This document shows positions 30,882 through 40,365 of a DNA stretch of 64,000 nucleotides, in pieces. Below the pieces are notes generated by a model, which had not been told where the DNA came from, ran no database searches, and saw nothing but the letters and a program-made list of their open reading frames with translations. Made by a program: the position numbers and the translations under genes. The DNA comes from Candidatus Tectimicrobiota bacterium. Lineage in GTDB: Bacteria > JACPUC01. Where the stretch lies: contig JACPUC010000025.1 of NCBI GenBank assembly GCA_016192455.1, positions 1 through 64,000 of the forward strand, in the 5' to 3' direction. Each line of letters opens with the position of its first letter. Position 1 is the first letter of the stretch.

Positions 30882-31294
30882 TCAGACAGCCAAGCTCGCC
30901 TCAATGCCGGCCAGGGCGACGCGCTCATCATCCTCCGAGCTGGCGCCGCTGACGCCGACGCCCCCACGACCCGACCATCCTCGTCGATGACACAGCCGCC
31001 GGCAACGGGGATGATCTTGCCCTCGCTCAAGCTGGCGAGGCTGGTGAAGAACGCCGGGTTCGCCGCCGCCCGCTCCGCCGTGGCGCTGGTCGGCCGCTGG
31101 AAGGCCACCGCGGAAAACGCCTTGCCGATGGCGATGTGCGGCCGAAAGAAGCTGGCTCCATCTTCGCGCGCCAGCGCCACCAGGGCGCCTCCGGCATCCA
31201 CCACGGCGATGCAGAGGGGTGGCAAACGGAGATCGCGGCCCCGCCGCAACCCCGCCTCGATGATCGCCTGGGCGCGCTTCAGCGTCAGAGCCAT
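30882..31294 (-). pseudogene. GlcG/HbpS-like heme-binding protein (DUF336), frameshifted
   Basis: IAVVDAGG...IAIGKAFSAV...GGCVIDEDGRVVG in one frame; the family C-terminus GVGVSGASSEDDERVALAGI is in another frame. Junction at the C5 run 30961-30965. Confidence 0.75.
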
Positions 31295-31372
31295 GCCGCT
31301 CCCCCGCCGCGCCGCCCGGCGCCCCATGGGCCGCGCTCCGGGCGCTTCCCGGCTCCCAGCGCCGCCACTCTC

Positions 31373-32137
31373 TTAGACCACGCGCACCACTCGTTTCCCC
31401 TGCAGGAGGCTCAGATCGTGGTTCGGGAAGGCGAGGTCCGGTTGGGTGGCGGTGCTGATGGCGCGCTCGAGCGCAACGACGCAGTCGGCGAGGTTGTAGT
31501 ACCACCCCACGGGCAGCCGCTCGTGCAAATTTCGATAGGTGTACGCCACATCTCCGCAGATGACGGCGGTGCCAAGCGGGGTCGCGGCGCTGACCATCTG
31601 GGAGCCCGGCGTATGCCCCCCCACGCGCACCACGCCGAGACCCGGCAGGAGCTCCGTGTCCCCCTCCACCAGGCGCACGCGGCCCGCCTGCACCAGGCGC
31701 TCAAGCGCCGGCCTCACCTTCGGCTGGATTTGATTGTTAAAGTAGGGGTAGCGCATCAGCGGCCCGGTCCAAAACTCATACTCGGCGCGCTGAATCACGA
31801 AGGTGGCCCGCGGGAAAAAATCGAAGCCGGTGAAGTGATCGAGATGGAAATGCGTCACGATGACGGTTCGCACCTCATCGACCTTCACCCCGATCTCCGC
31901 CAGCAGCCCCGGCGGTTCGCGAAAGTTCTTCCCCTGCGCCCAGGCGGCGCTGACGTAATCCGGATGGTAGCCGGTATCCACGACCACGGCGCCGTCGGGT
32001 CCGTCAAGACACCAGATGATGTACGGCACCGGTTCCTCGCGCCCTGCGTCGCTGCGGATGCACGGCATGATGCCGGAGCGCATCCAGTTCTCCGCCATCC
32101 CAACCATGAGGGCATATACTGCGTAGGTCGGTGGCAT
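31373..32137 (-). CDS. MBL-fold hydrolase, N-acyl-homoserine lactonase family
   Basis: VDTG, THFHLDH, GHTPGSQ, CGDVAY and PNHD motifs. Confidence 0.85.
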   Translation of the reverse strand: MPPTYAVYALMVGMAENWMRSGIMPCIRSDAGREEPVPYIIWCLDGPDGAVVVDTGYHPDYVSAAWAQGKNFREPPGLLAEIGVKVDEVRTVIVTHFHLDHFTGFDFFPRATFVIQRAEYEFWTGPLMRYPYFNNQIQPKVRPALERLVQAGRVRLVEGDTELLPGLGVVRVGGHTPGSQMVSAATPLGTAVICGDVAYTYRNLHERLPVGWYYNLADCVVALERAISTATQPDLAFPNHDLSLLQGKRVVRVV

Positions 32138-32388
32138 CCGATCCCTTTCGATTCAGCACGAGGCTCATCCGCATCTTAGCCAACGCCTCCCCAGCCGGTC
32201 AAGGTGAGCCCAGCGCACCGCGAACTCCGGGCGGCGAGCCTCCAGGTGGCGAGCCTTCAAGCGCTTCGGCGCAACAAGTGCCTGGAAATCGGCAGCCGCG
32301 CAGCGCGATCTCCTCGTTCAGCTTGCGGCTCCGGGTGCTTGCCGCAGGGCCCTTGCCGCCCACCTGTGGCGAGGGTTTGGCGAGACGC

Positions 32389-32417
32389 TTTACACCAGGA
32401 AACGATCTGATTATAGT
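32389..32417 (+). promoter_or_regulatory. Sigma70-type promoter
   Basis: TTTACA, 17 bp spacer, TATAGT. Confidence 0.6.
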
Positions 32418-32487
32418 CGGAGTGCCTTCGCTCCACGCTGCTGGGGTGGGAGGCTGGACGCAACCATGTCGCAGTCGGGGTGGAGTT

Positions 32488-33738
32488 ATGCCCCCTCTTC
32501 GCATCGCGGTGATTGATAACGACCCAGCGCTGCTCCAGGCGGTCGAGGTGGAGCTCCGCTCCGGTGGCTATCAGGTGCTCTGCCTCCAGGAGGGCACCAC
32601 CGCGGTCGAGCAGCTCCCCGTCTTCAAGCCGCAGCTCATCTTCCTCAACGCTTCCTTTCCCAAGATCGTCGGCAAGATCCTGGGTGAGCGCCTGCGGAGC
32701 GTCGCCGACCTGCGTCAAAGCAAGATCGTCCCCTTCTCCGCCCACGTTCCCGGGGCTGCTCGCCACGCCGCGGCAGCCCTCGACGCGGATGACTTCTTGG
32801 ATTCCCCCTGCGCACCAGCGGCGTTCCTGGCAAAAGCGCAAGCGCTGCTTGGCGGGCAGGTGGGCGTGCGCTTCTGGGGGACGCGCGGCTCCATCGCGGC
32901 GCCATCCGCGCAAACCGTGCGCTATGGCGGCAACACTTCGTGCGTGGAGATTCTTTTGCCCGGCCATGACGAGCTCCTGGTCATCGACGCCGGCACCGGG
33001 CTGCGTGTGCTGGGCAACGCCAAATTGGCGGAACGCAAGGAGTGGCATGGCCACATCTTTATCAGCCACACCCACTGGGATCACATCCAGGGGCTGCCCT
33101 TCTTCACCCCCTGGTACCTGCCGGGCAACAGCTTCACCCTCGTCTCCACCGATCAGAATGAGCTGCCGCTCGAAAAGGTCATCGCCGGGCAGATGATCTC
33201 CGCCTACTTCCCGGTCGACTTTGAGAGGCTCGGCGCGGACATCGCCTTCAAGAAGCTCACCGAAGGCGATCACACCATCAATCGCCTGCGCGTGGAGACC
33301 CTGCTGGCGAACCACCCCAATGTGACGTTGATGTTCAAGTTCCATCTGGCGGGGAGGAGGATTGTTTACGCCACGGACAATGAGCTTCAGTGGCCGAACG
33401 AGAAGGGCGTTGACCCCATGGCCGCGCATCGCGCCCGCATGGTGGCATTCTTCCGCGGCGCCGACCTCCTCATCCATGATGCGCAGTACACCGATGACGA
33501 GTATCGAAGCAAGCGCGGCTGGGGCCATTCCACCTGGCGGGAGGCGCTCGATATCGCCATTCGCAGCGAGGTGAAGCAGCTCGTCTTCTTCCACCACGAT
33601 CCCGATCACTCGGACGAGATGCTCGACCGCATCTCCGCTGAGTGCGGCGAGGACTTGGAGAAGCGCGGTATTAAGCTGCCGGTCTGCTTGGCGAAGGAGG
33701 GGGAGAAGGTCTTGCTCGAGACCAGCCCGCACCCGTAG
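32488..33738 (+). CDS. Atypical receiver domain fused to MBL-fold hydrolase (RNase Z/phosphodiesterase-like)
   Basis: REC-like N-terminus, then FWGTRGS, YGGNTSCVE, SHTHWDH, HDAQY, WGHS and FHHDP motifs. Confidence 0.85.
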   Translation: MPPLRIAVIDNDPALLQAVEVELRSGGYQVLCLQEGTTAVEQLPVFKPQLIFLNASFPKIVGKILGERLRSVADLRQSKIVPFSAHVPGAARHAAAALDADDFLDSPCAPAAFLAKAQALLGGQVGVRFWGTRGSIAAPSAQTVRYGGNTSCVEILLPGHDELLVIDAGTGLRVLGNAKLAERKEWHGHIFISHTHWDHIQGLPFFTPWYLPGNSFTLVSTDQNELPLEKVIAGQMISAYFPVDFERLGADIAFKKLTEGDHTINRLRVETLLANHPNVTLMFKFHLAGRRIVYATDNELQWPNEKGVDPMAAHRARMVAFFRGADLLIHDAQYTDDEYRSKRGWGHSTWREALDIAIRSEVKQLVFFHHDPDHSDEMLDRISAECGEDLEKRGIKLPVCLAKEGEKVLLETSPHP

Positions 33739-33916
33739 GAAGGCGGAGGGGCGGGCCATCGCCGGCGCAGCGGCGGGTGCCGCGACGCCGCCGCCACGAT
33801 CTTAACCCATCGCTCCTCACCATGCGTCTGCGTATCAGCGAGTTTCGATACGACCTGCATTTGGTAGTTGGTATCGAACGCCTCGGCTGAACGACTCGAT
33901 CGTCTCCCAGCTTCCC

Positions 33917-35089
33917 TTACTTTTCCAGGTCGCGCACCGAGAAGGCGAAGAGTGCGGCTGAGGTTACCAGCAGAGCCGAGATTACCTCGAACGAGTGTGC
34001 ATAGCCGATCTGGGCAATCAGAATCCCCGCCACGATAGGTCCGGCGGACTCGCCGATGTCCCAGATGGTGCCAAAGACCCCCATCGCCGAACCCATTCGC
34101 CCCGCCTTTACCAGGTCCGCGACCAATGCGGTCGTGACGGGCGTTACCGCGGCAACACCGAGCCCGAGAAGGGCCGACAGGCCGATGAGCGCGGCGAGAT
34201 TGGCGACCCTGAAGATCAAGGATAGCGACGCGGCGCAGACCAAAAGGCCGATGATGATGACGGGTTTGCGGCCGGCGCGGTCCGATGCCGCCCCGGCTAA
34301 AGGCTTCGCCAGCATGGCGGTGGCAAGCTGCGCACCGAGGACCACGGTAATCTGGGCGTCGTTGAGCGACATCGATGTGCCGTAGGTGGGAAGGAAGCCG
34401 AGAAAGGCACCAAAGCCGACGTACATCATCGCCTCCACCCCGGAGACAATGAGGACAGGTGGACTCGAGAGCACCTCCGCGAGCCCCTGCCAGAACTTCT
34501 TGGATCGGGCGGTCAAGGGGTCCGCCTCGATTCCCCTGGAAGCGGGCGGCTCAGGTAAGCGCAGAACCATGAGGAGGGGAAGAATACCCAGAACTCCCAC
34601 CAGCAGGTAGGTCGCTGAGTAGCTCGCCGTGTAGAAGAGAACCATCCCCCCAATGAGCGGACCAACCGTTGAGCCGACATCGTTGGCTGACGTGAACCAT
34701 CCGAGCCGAGCGCCGCGCCTCTCCATGGTCAGGTCGGCGACATAGGCCGCCGCCACGGGAGAGAAGATGGCCGTGGCGAAGCCGTGCAGGAAGCGAAGGA
34801 GCAGCAAGGTGGTTGGCGTGCTGATCAAGGGGTAGAGGAAGGGAGGCCCCGCGAAGAAGAGACTCCCAATGAGCATCAGCCGTTTTTTCCCCACCAAATC
34901 GGAGATGGCGCCGGCGGGCAGCTTGACGAAAATTCCGCTCACGGTTGAGGCCGCAACGATCAAACCAAGCAGTTCCGGGGTTGCCCCAAGGTCCTGCGCG
35001 AAGCGCGGCAGCACGGGACTGCGCGCCATCTGGTAGCCGAGCCGCGACACCATGCTCGCAAGAACGATGGCCGCAAACGCGTTCATCAT
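33917..35089 (-). CDS. MFS transporter
   Basis: About 12 hydrophobic helices; GAISDLVGKK and GAASDRAGRK motif-A loops. Confidence 0.9.
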   Translation of the reverse strand: MMNAFAAIVLASMVSRLGYQMARSPVLPRFAQDLGATPELLGLIVAASTVSGIFVKLPAGAISDLVGKKRLMLIGSLFFAGPPFLYPLISTPTTLLLLRFLHGFATAIFSPVAAAYVADLTMERRGARLGWFTSANDVGSTVGPLIGGMVLFYTASYSATYLLVGVLGILPLLMVLRLPEPPASRGIEADPLTARSKKFWQGLAEVLSSPPVLIVSGVEAMMYVGFGAFLGFLPTYGTSMSLNDAQITVVLGAQLATAMLAKPLAGAASDRAGRKPVIIIGLLVCAASLSLIFRVANLAALIGLSALLGLGVAAVTPVTTALVADLVKAGRMGSAMGVFGTIWDIGESAGPIVAGILIAQIGYAHSFEVISALLVTSAALFAFSVRDLEK

Positions 35090-35796
35090 CCTTCCTCGGA
35101 CGCGGAAAGGGGTCGGTGCATCCACCTGCCTGCGTCACTCTTGAGCGGAAGCGTGCGCGTGGGTGGCAGAACCTCAAGTTCGGGCGAGGAGAAATCGACC
35201 GCGGGCGTTTGGACATCGAAACCGATGTTCTTGTGCGTCACGCTCAGCGACAGCGCGACAGCCACCTCGGCTTGAATAATCCCCAGTTTCCTGGCCGCCA
35301 CCGCAATGCGGGTCTGACAACGGCTGTCCACGTTGTTGATGCTTGCCGCTTTGGCAGCGGAACCGACAGCGATCCCCAGGTCGATGTTCCTCAGATTGCA
35401 TTGCGGACCAGCGAACTCGAATGGTTCGCTGTCGGCGCGCAGCTTTTTGGTGGCCTCCATGAACTCGGCGCACGTCGCATATCCACATGCGCCGCAATCA
35501 TAGATCGGAGGATACCAGCCCTTCAAACCAATAAACAAGACGCCATCCAACTTCTCAGCCGCAGCGGCGTCCCGAAACCAGATCGCCTGTTTGCGTTCTT
35601 TGCCTCTCGCCCGCATCCAAGCAGCCAGCTTTCTTAGGGTTTCCTTGTCGTCTACAAAGATAGTTTCGATGAATAAGGGCTTGCCTTTGAGAAAGAGCTG
35701 CCCACCGGACTTGGGCGCGGTCACGGCGGCTGCGGCGCAGAGCTGGGCAACATTTCGCACCACCTCTTCACGAACTTCCTCGATATTCTGGAACAT
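35086..35796 (-). CDS. DUF2148-like ferredoxin-domain protein
   Basis: TAPK, CGACGYATC, GPQC and DLGIAVGSA motifs; ATGA-coupled to the MFS gene. Confidence 0.75.
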   Translation of the reverse strand: MFQNIEEVREEVVRNVAQLCAAAAVTAPKSGGQLFLKGKPLFIETIFVDDKETLRKLAAWMRARGKERKQAIWFRDAAAAEKLDGVLFIGLKGWYPPIYDCGACGYATCAEFMEATKKLRADSEPFEFAGPQCNLRNIDLGIAVGSAAKAASINNVDSRCQTRIAVAARKLGIIQAEVAVALSLSVTHKNIGFDVQTPAVDFSSPELEVLPPTRTLPLKSDAGRWMHRPLSASEEG

Positions 35797-36094
35797 TGGC
35801 TGCCCTCAAACGGTTGGAAGGTAGGATTTTGCAACCTGGGCGGTGGAAGTCAATGACCCACAGGTGTCAGGCGGAAGATTGCGCTTTGCCCGTTGTTCCG
35901 CGATACGCACCGTAACTCGTCTCACGTCTCGGAACTAGCCATGCTAAGTCGCTGCGGGGGGCGGATGTGGCGAGGAGAGGGTTGTGGGGGATCGAGGATC
36001 CCCCACGACGGGAGCGTGTCGCACCCCTGTCCGCTGGTTCGCCTTGACGCTCGCGCCTCCAGCAACGTGGGGGCGGAACCTTCAGGACGGAAGA

Positions 36095-37624
36095 TTAGTC
36101 ACGCGCTCCGCGCTTCACGGCGGAGTGCGTCAGCTCCTGCTTAAAACCGTACTCTTTCCAGCGCCGCCGCACGTTGTCTTCATCTTCCTGCGCCAGGTGC
36201 ACCGTGGGCGGGTAGCGCTCGCCATCCCACTTCTCCTGCGGCTCGAACTCCCAGTTGATCGTGCAATCGAAGAGGACGCGGTTCCACTTGCCGGTGCCGA
36301 AGCGGCGGACATCGTTGTCTTCCGCGCGGGTGCTGGGATCGAGGGGGGAGCCGATCATGCCGGGGAAGATCACGAGGTCGTTCTCTCCGGCGTTGAAGCG
36401 ATAGGCGAGCGCCCAGTCGAGCGCCGCGTAGTCGTGGATATCGATGTCGTCATCAACCACCATGACGTGCTTGTAGCGCTGCTGCGAGGCGCCGGTCCCC
36501 CAGAGCGCCGCCGCGACCTGCTTGGCGTGCCCGCGGTAGAACTTCTTGATGGCGACGACGATGTTCGTGCCGTTCGTCACCGGGTGCACGCAGACGTCCA
36601 CCACCCCCGGCACGCCGTTCGTATCGAGGATGCTCCAGGCCACCGCCGCCCGCTGGATGGCGGAGGTGACGCTGTTCTCGTTCAGCATGCCGGGCAGGGT
36701 GCCTTCGAGGGTGCCGCGCAGGATGGGGTCGTTGCGGTGCGTGATGCAGGTCACATCCATGGCCGGCTTCAGGCTTTCCAGTCCCCCGTAGTAGCCGGTG
36801 TACTCGCCGAACGGTCCCTCCATCATGAAGGTGGAGGGATCGGTGCCGATCTGCCCCTCGAGGACGATCTCCGCCGTGGCGGGAACGAGCAGATCGACGG
36901 TCTCGCAGCGCACCACGTCGGTCGCCTCGCCGCGCATCGCGCCCATGACATCGTACTCGCTGACATGCGCCGGCACCGGCGCCGAGGCGATGAAGGGCAG
37001 CATCGGGTCCCAGCCGAGCACCACCGCCACCGGCATCGGCTCGCCACGCCGCTGGTGCTTGATGAAGTGTTGGCCAATGTGCTGCCCGCCGATGAGCAGG
37101 AAGCCGATGGTATGCTTGTTGAGGACCTGCCCGCGGTAGACCCCGACGTTCAGGACGCCGCTGTCGGGATCGCGGCTCACGACGCCGGCGAAGGTGACGA
37201 TGTAGCGTCCCCCGTCGCGGTGGTGCCAGCGCGGCACCGGGAACTGGTAGAGGTCCACCGCATCGCCGAGGAGGATGTTCTCCTTCACCGGGCCGGTCGC
37301 CACCTCGCGAAAGGGCATGGGGGTCTTGAGGCGCTGCCGGTACTCGTTGACGAGGTCGCGGTAGTGCGTCTGCCGCGGCAACCCCATGGCCTGCGCCACC
37401 CGCGCGTAGGTCGCCAAGCCGCCGGTGAACAGCCTGGTGGAGATGGTATCGCGGTGGCCCGTGATGTTCTCGAAGAGGAGCGCCGGCCCACCCTCGCTGA
37501 AGGCCAGCCGTGTGATGGCGCCGATCTCCCGGTCCCAGTGCACCTCGGCACCAATCTGCAGCAGGTCGCCTGCGCCCTCGAGCGCATTGAGCCATTCCCG
37601 TAGATCTGCGTAGGCCATACCCAT
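36095..37624 (-). CDS. UbiD-family prFMN-dependent (de)carboxylase 1
   Basis: GPALLFENI, NVGVYR, VPATAEIVLEG, EGPFGEYTGYY and VVDDDID motifs. Confidence 0.93.
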   Translation of the reverse strand: MGMAYADLREWLNALEGAGDLLQIGAEVHWDREIGAITRLAFSEGGPALLFENITGHRDTISTRLFTGGLATYARVAQAMGLPRQTHYRDLVNEYRQRLKTPMPFREVATGPVKENILLGDAVDLYQFPVPRWHHRDGGRYIVTFAGVVSRDPDSGVLNVGVYRGQVLNKHTIGFLLIGGQHIGQHFIKHQRRGEPMPVAVVLGWDPMLPFIASAPVPAHVSEYDVMGAMRGEATDVVRCETVDLLVPATAEIVLEGQIGTDPSTFMMEGPFGEYTGYYGGLESLKPAMDVTCITHRNDPILRGTLEGTLPGMLNENSVTSAIQRAAVAWSILDTNGVPGVVDVCVHPVTNGTNIVVAIKKFYRGHAKQVAAALWGTGASQQRYKHVMVVDDDIDIHDYAALDWALAYRFNAGENDLVIFPGMIGSPLDPSTRAEDNDVRRFGTGKWNRVLFDCTINWEFEPQEKWDGERYPPTVHLAQEDEDNVRRRWKEYGFKQELTHSAVKRGARD

Positions 37625-37827
37625 CTCCCTGTGCGATCAGCTCGTCCCTCGGCACCGCGCCGAGCCCCGCAGAGCTCGGCGAACAGCGCGCACCCCTCTC
37701 GCTCCGGCCGGAAGCCCGGCTGGCTTCCAGGTGGCCTCTGAACGTCCGCTGCTTTGGTGTGGTGGAAAGGGGAACGCTGCAGCCCATGCAAGCGCTCCAC
37801 CGCGGGGCTGCGCGGCAGCATGCCTGT

Positions 37828-37856
37828 ATTCTAAGACCAGGGAGCAGGGCTGTCTA
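37828..37856 (-). promoter_or_regulatory. Candidate sigma70 promoter for UbiD-1
   Basis: Minus strand TAGACA, 17 bp spacer, TAGAAT. Confidence 0.5.
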
Positions 37857-37904
37857 CCCTGCCGCCGCTCGGCGGTTGTGGCGCGTCGCGCCGTTCAGGC
37901 GGCC

Positions 37905-39185
37905 TCAGCGCGACCGGGGCGTCGCCGCAGGCGCGGTTCCCCGGCTGCTGGCCGGTGCGCGGCCCATGGCCACAATGCAGAGGCAGGCGATCCCCATAGC
38001 CGCCAGGACGATGAGGAATGGCACCGTGTAGCTCCGCCAGCGATCGAAGAGCATGCCTGCAAACCAGGCCCCGAAGGCTCCGGAGAGGCCATAGACGATT
38101 TCGAACAGACCCATGATGAAGCCGAGCCTGCGGCCCGGCGCAATGTCGGAGATGAGCGCTCCGTAGATCGGGCTGAGGGCCCCCAGGCCGATGCCGTAGC
38201 AGAGCAGAAAGGCATAGAGGACCGTGATGCCGAGGTGGATATTCATGAAGAGGAGGACGCCGGCGGCGCTGCAGGCGCTGCCCAGCAGGTAGGCGCGGCG
38301 GCGTCCGACGCGGTCCGAGGCGTAGCCCCCCAGCAAGCTGCCGCAGGTGCGCATGATGTTCACCAGCCCGAGGCTCGTCGCCGCCAGCATGGGGGTGTAC
38401 CCAACGTCCACCATATGGGCCACGGCGTGGATCATCATCAGGTTGTTGGTGAAGCCAATCACCATCGCCACCGGGAACATCAGTTGGAAGTCCCGCGAGC
38501 GCGCAATGCTGGCGAAGGGGGGCGAGGCATCGCCGGCGGGGCTGGCAATGTCCGAGCTTGAGGCAGCCGGGCTCTCGGCAGGCGGCGCCCCATCGACCGC
38601 CAGCCCCATGGCCTCGGGCCGCGAGCGCTGGAAGATGAGGCTGAGGGGAACGAGGAGGAGCGGAATGAGGAGGCCGAAGAGGAGGTAGGCGGTGCGCCAG
38701 TCGTATCGTTCGATGACCCACTGGATGCCGGGACCGAGGAAGAGGAGGCCGACGCCGATGCCGGCGATGGCAATGCCGTTGGCGGTCCCCAGGCGCCGAC
38801 GGAACCAGCGGGCGATGTAAGCGGCATTCGGTCCGAAGCCAAGGGCGCTGATGCCGAACGCAATGACGAACCCTTGCAGGACGTAGAGGTGCCAGACCGC
38901 GTCGATACGGCTGCTCAGCACCAACCCCAGGCCCAGCAGCAGCGCTCCGAGAGGGAAGAGGCCGCGCGGCCCGAAGCGGTCAAACAGGCCGCCGACGAGC
39001 GGCGAGCTCAAGGCGTAGACGACCATGCCGAGGGAGTACGCCCCGGCGGTGCTGCCGCGCGACCAGCCGAAGTCCTTCAGGAGGGCCACGTAGAAGATGG
39101 AGAACGAGAAGCGCGCCCCGACGGCCAGGGCGAAACAGACGAAGGAGACGCCGACGATGATCCAGCCGTAGTAGAGCTTACGCAT
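37905..39185 (-). CDS. MFS transporter (monocarboxylate/OFA-like)
   Basis: YYGWIIV, GGLFDRFGPR and GYASDRVGRR motifs. Confidence 0.9.
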   Translation of the reverse strand: MRKLYYGWIIVGVSFVCFALAVGARFSFSIFYVALLKDFGWSRGSTAGAYSLGMVVYALSSPLVGGLFDRFGPRGLFPLGALLLGLGLVLSSRIDAVWHLYVLQGFVIAFGISALGFGPNAAYIARWFRRRLGTANGIAIAGIGVGLLFLGPGIQWVIERYDWRTAYLLFGLLIPLLLVPLSLIFQRSRPEAMGLAVDGAPPAESPAASSSDIASPAGDASPPFASIARSRDFQLMFPVAMVIGFTNNLMMIHAVAHMVDVGYTPMLAATSLGLVNIMRTCGSLLGGYASDRVGRRRAYLLGSACSAAGVLLFMNIHLGITVLYAFLLCYGIGLGALSPIYGALISDIAPGRRLGFIMGLFEIVYGLSGAFGAWFAGMLFDRWRSYTVPFLIVLAAMGIACLCIVAMGRAPASSRGTAPAATPRSR

Positions 39186-39296
39186 GCTTCTCTGGGGTTA
39201 GGGTGAGGGGATAGGAAAAACCTGCCAGCAGGAGGCTCACGCGCCACGATGCACCTCGATCGGGAGGTACCCGCGGGCGCGCCCGCGTAGCACGAC

Positions 39297-39320
39297 GGGC
39301 GGGGCGAGCCCCACCCCTAC
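39297..39320 (-). repeat. GTAG-type REP-like element
   Basis: Minus strand GTAGGGGTGGGGCTCGCCCCGCCC (GTAG plus GC hairpin); a perfect 16-bp palindrome lies next to it at 39272-39287. Only one copy recognised. Confidence 0.5.
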
Positions 39321-39522
39321 GAATGGGAGCTCACCGCAGGCGCGCCGAAGCAACGGCAACGGCGGACCTCACCGGCTCGGCAAGGCGATGGAGCAAGGTG
39401 GTTGCGCCCCCCGATGCCTCGGCAGCGCACGCAGCTTGACTTTCGCGGGGGTGAGTGCAACCTTAGTACGTCTGCCCTGATTTGCCAAGGGAATGCTCTA
39501 GGGGTGCGGTCAGGAGCGTACG

Positions 39523-40365
39523 ATGAGTTCCCCCCTGTCCAACGACGCGACGTCTTCCATCCTGGTCACGCCGGAGTGGCTGCAGGCGCGCCTGGGGGAC
39601 CCTGCCCTGCGCGTCATCGACGTGCGTCCGGCGGAGAGCTTCGCCAAGGGGCACATCGTGGGCGCCGCGAACATCGACCTCTACGGCATGACCTGGCACG
39701 ACACGTCGCCGACGGGGCTGCGGGATTTCCAGCAAACCATGGAGGCGGCTCTCTCCGGCGCGGGCGTCACCCACGAGCACACGGTCGTCTTCTACCAGGG
39801 GAACAGCGGCATGGTGGCGGCGCGCGGCTTCTGGATGCTCGAATACTTCGGGCACAGCTCGCCGCGCATCCTGGACGGCGGCCTGAAGGCGTGGTCGGCC
39901 GCCGGCTTCGGCCTCACCCACGTGATGGACCCGCCGGCGCCAAGTACGTTCAAGGCCAGGCTCACTCCTCTCCGCCTCGCCACCTATGAGTACGTGCGCG
40001 CGCACCTGCATGATCCCAACGTAGTGCTCTTCGATGTGCGCGCGCCGGAGGAGTACTACGGCGAACACGTGCGCGCGGCGCGCGGCGGCGTCATCCCCGG
40101 CGCCGTCAACTGCGAGTGGACGCAGGCGCTCGCCGAGGACGGGCGGTTCAAGGACCCGGCCGAGCTGTGGCCGCTCTACGAGGGGCTGGGGATCAGCGCG
40201 GCGAAGGAGATCATCCCTTACTGCCAGGGAGGCTTCCGCTCCTCGCACGCCTACGTTGCCCTGCGTCTGCTCGGCTATGGGCGGCTGCGCAACTACATGG
40301 GCTCCTGGAAGGAGTGGGGCGACCGCCTGGAGTTGCCGATCGAGACGCCCCAGCGGCCGCGCTAG
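39523..40365 (+). CDS. Two-domain rhodanese/sulfurtransferase
   Basis: GHIVGA, ILDGGLKAW, active loop YCQGGFRS and NYMGSWKEW motifs. Confidence 0.92.
   Translation: MSSPLSNDATSSILVTPEWLQARLGDPALRVIDVRPAESFAKGHIVGAANIDLYGMTWHDTSPTGLRDFQQTMEAALSGAGVTHEHTVVFYQGNSGMVAARGFWMLEYFGHSSPRILDGGLKAWSAAGFGLTHVMDPPAPSTFKARLTPLRLATYEYVRAHLHDPNVVLFDVRAPEEYYGEHVRAARGGVIPGAVNCEWTQALAEDGRFKDPAELWPLYEGLGISAAKEIIPYCQGGFRSSHAYVALRLLGYGRLRNYMGSWKEWGDRLELPIETPQRPR

Noticed and set aside
31373-33738. Antibiotic-resistance metallo-beta-lactamases
   Set aside because: Motifs fit the lactonase and RNase Z/phosphodiesterase subfamilies, and neither protein has a signal peptide.
33790-33900. Integron attC site at the edge of the low-GC cassette
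   Set aside because: Inverted repeats are present, but there are no proper RYYYAAC/GTTRRRY ends and no integrase.
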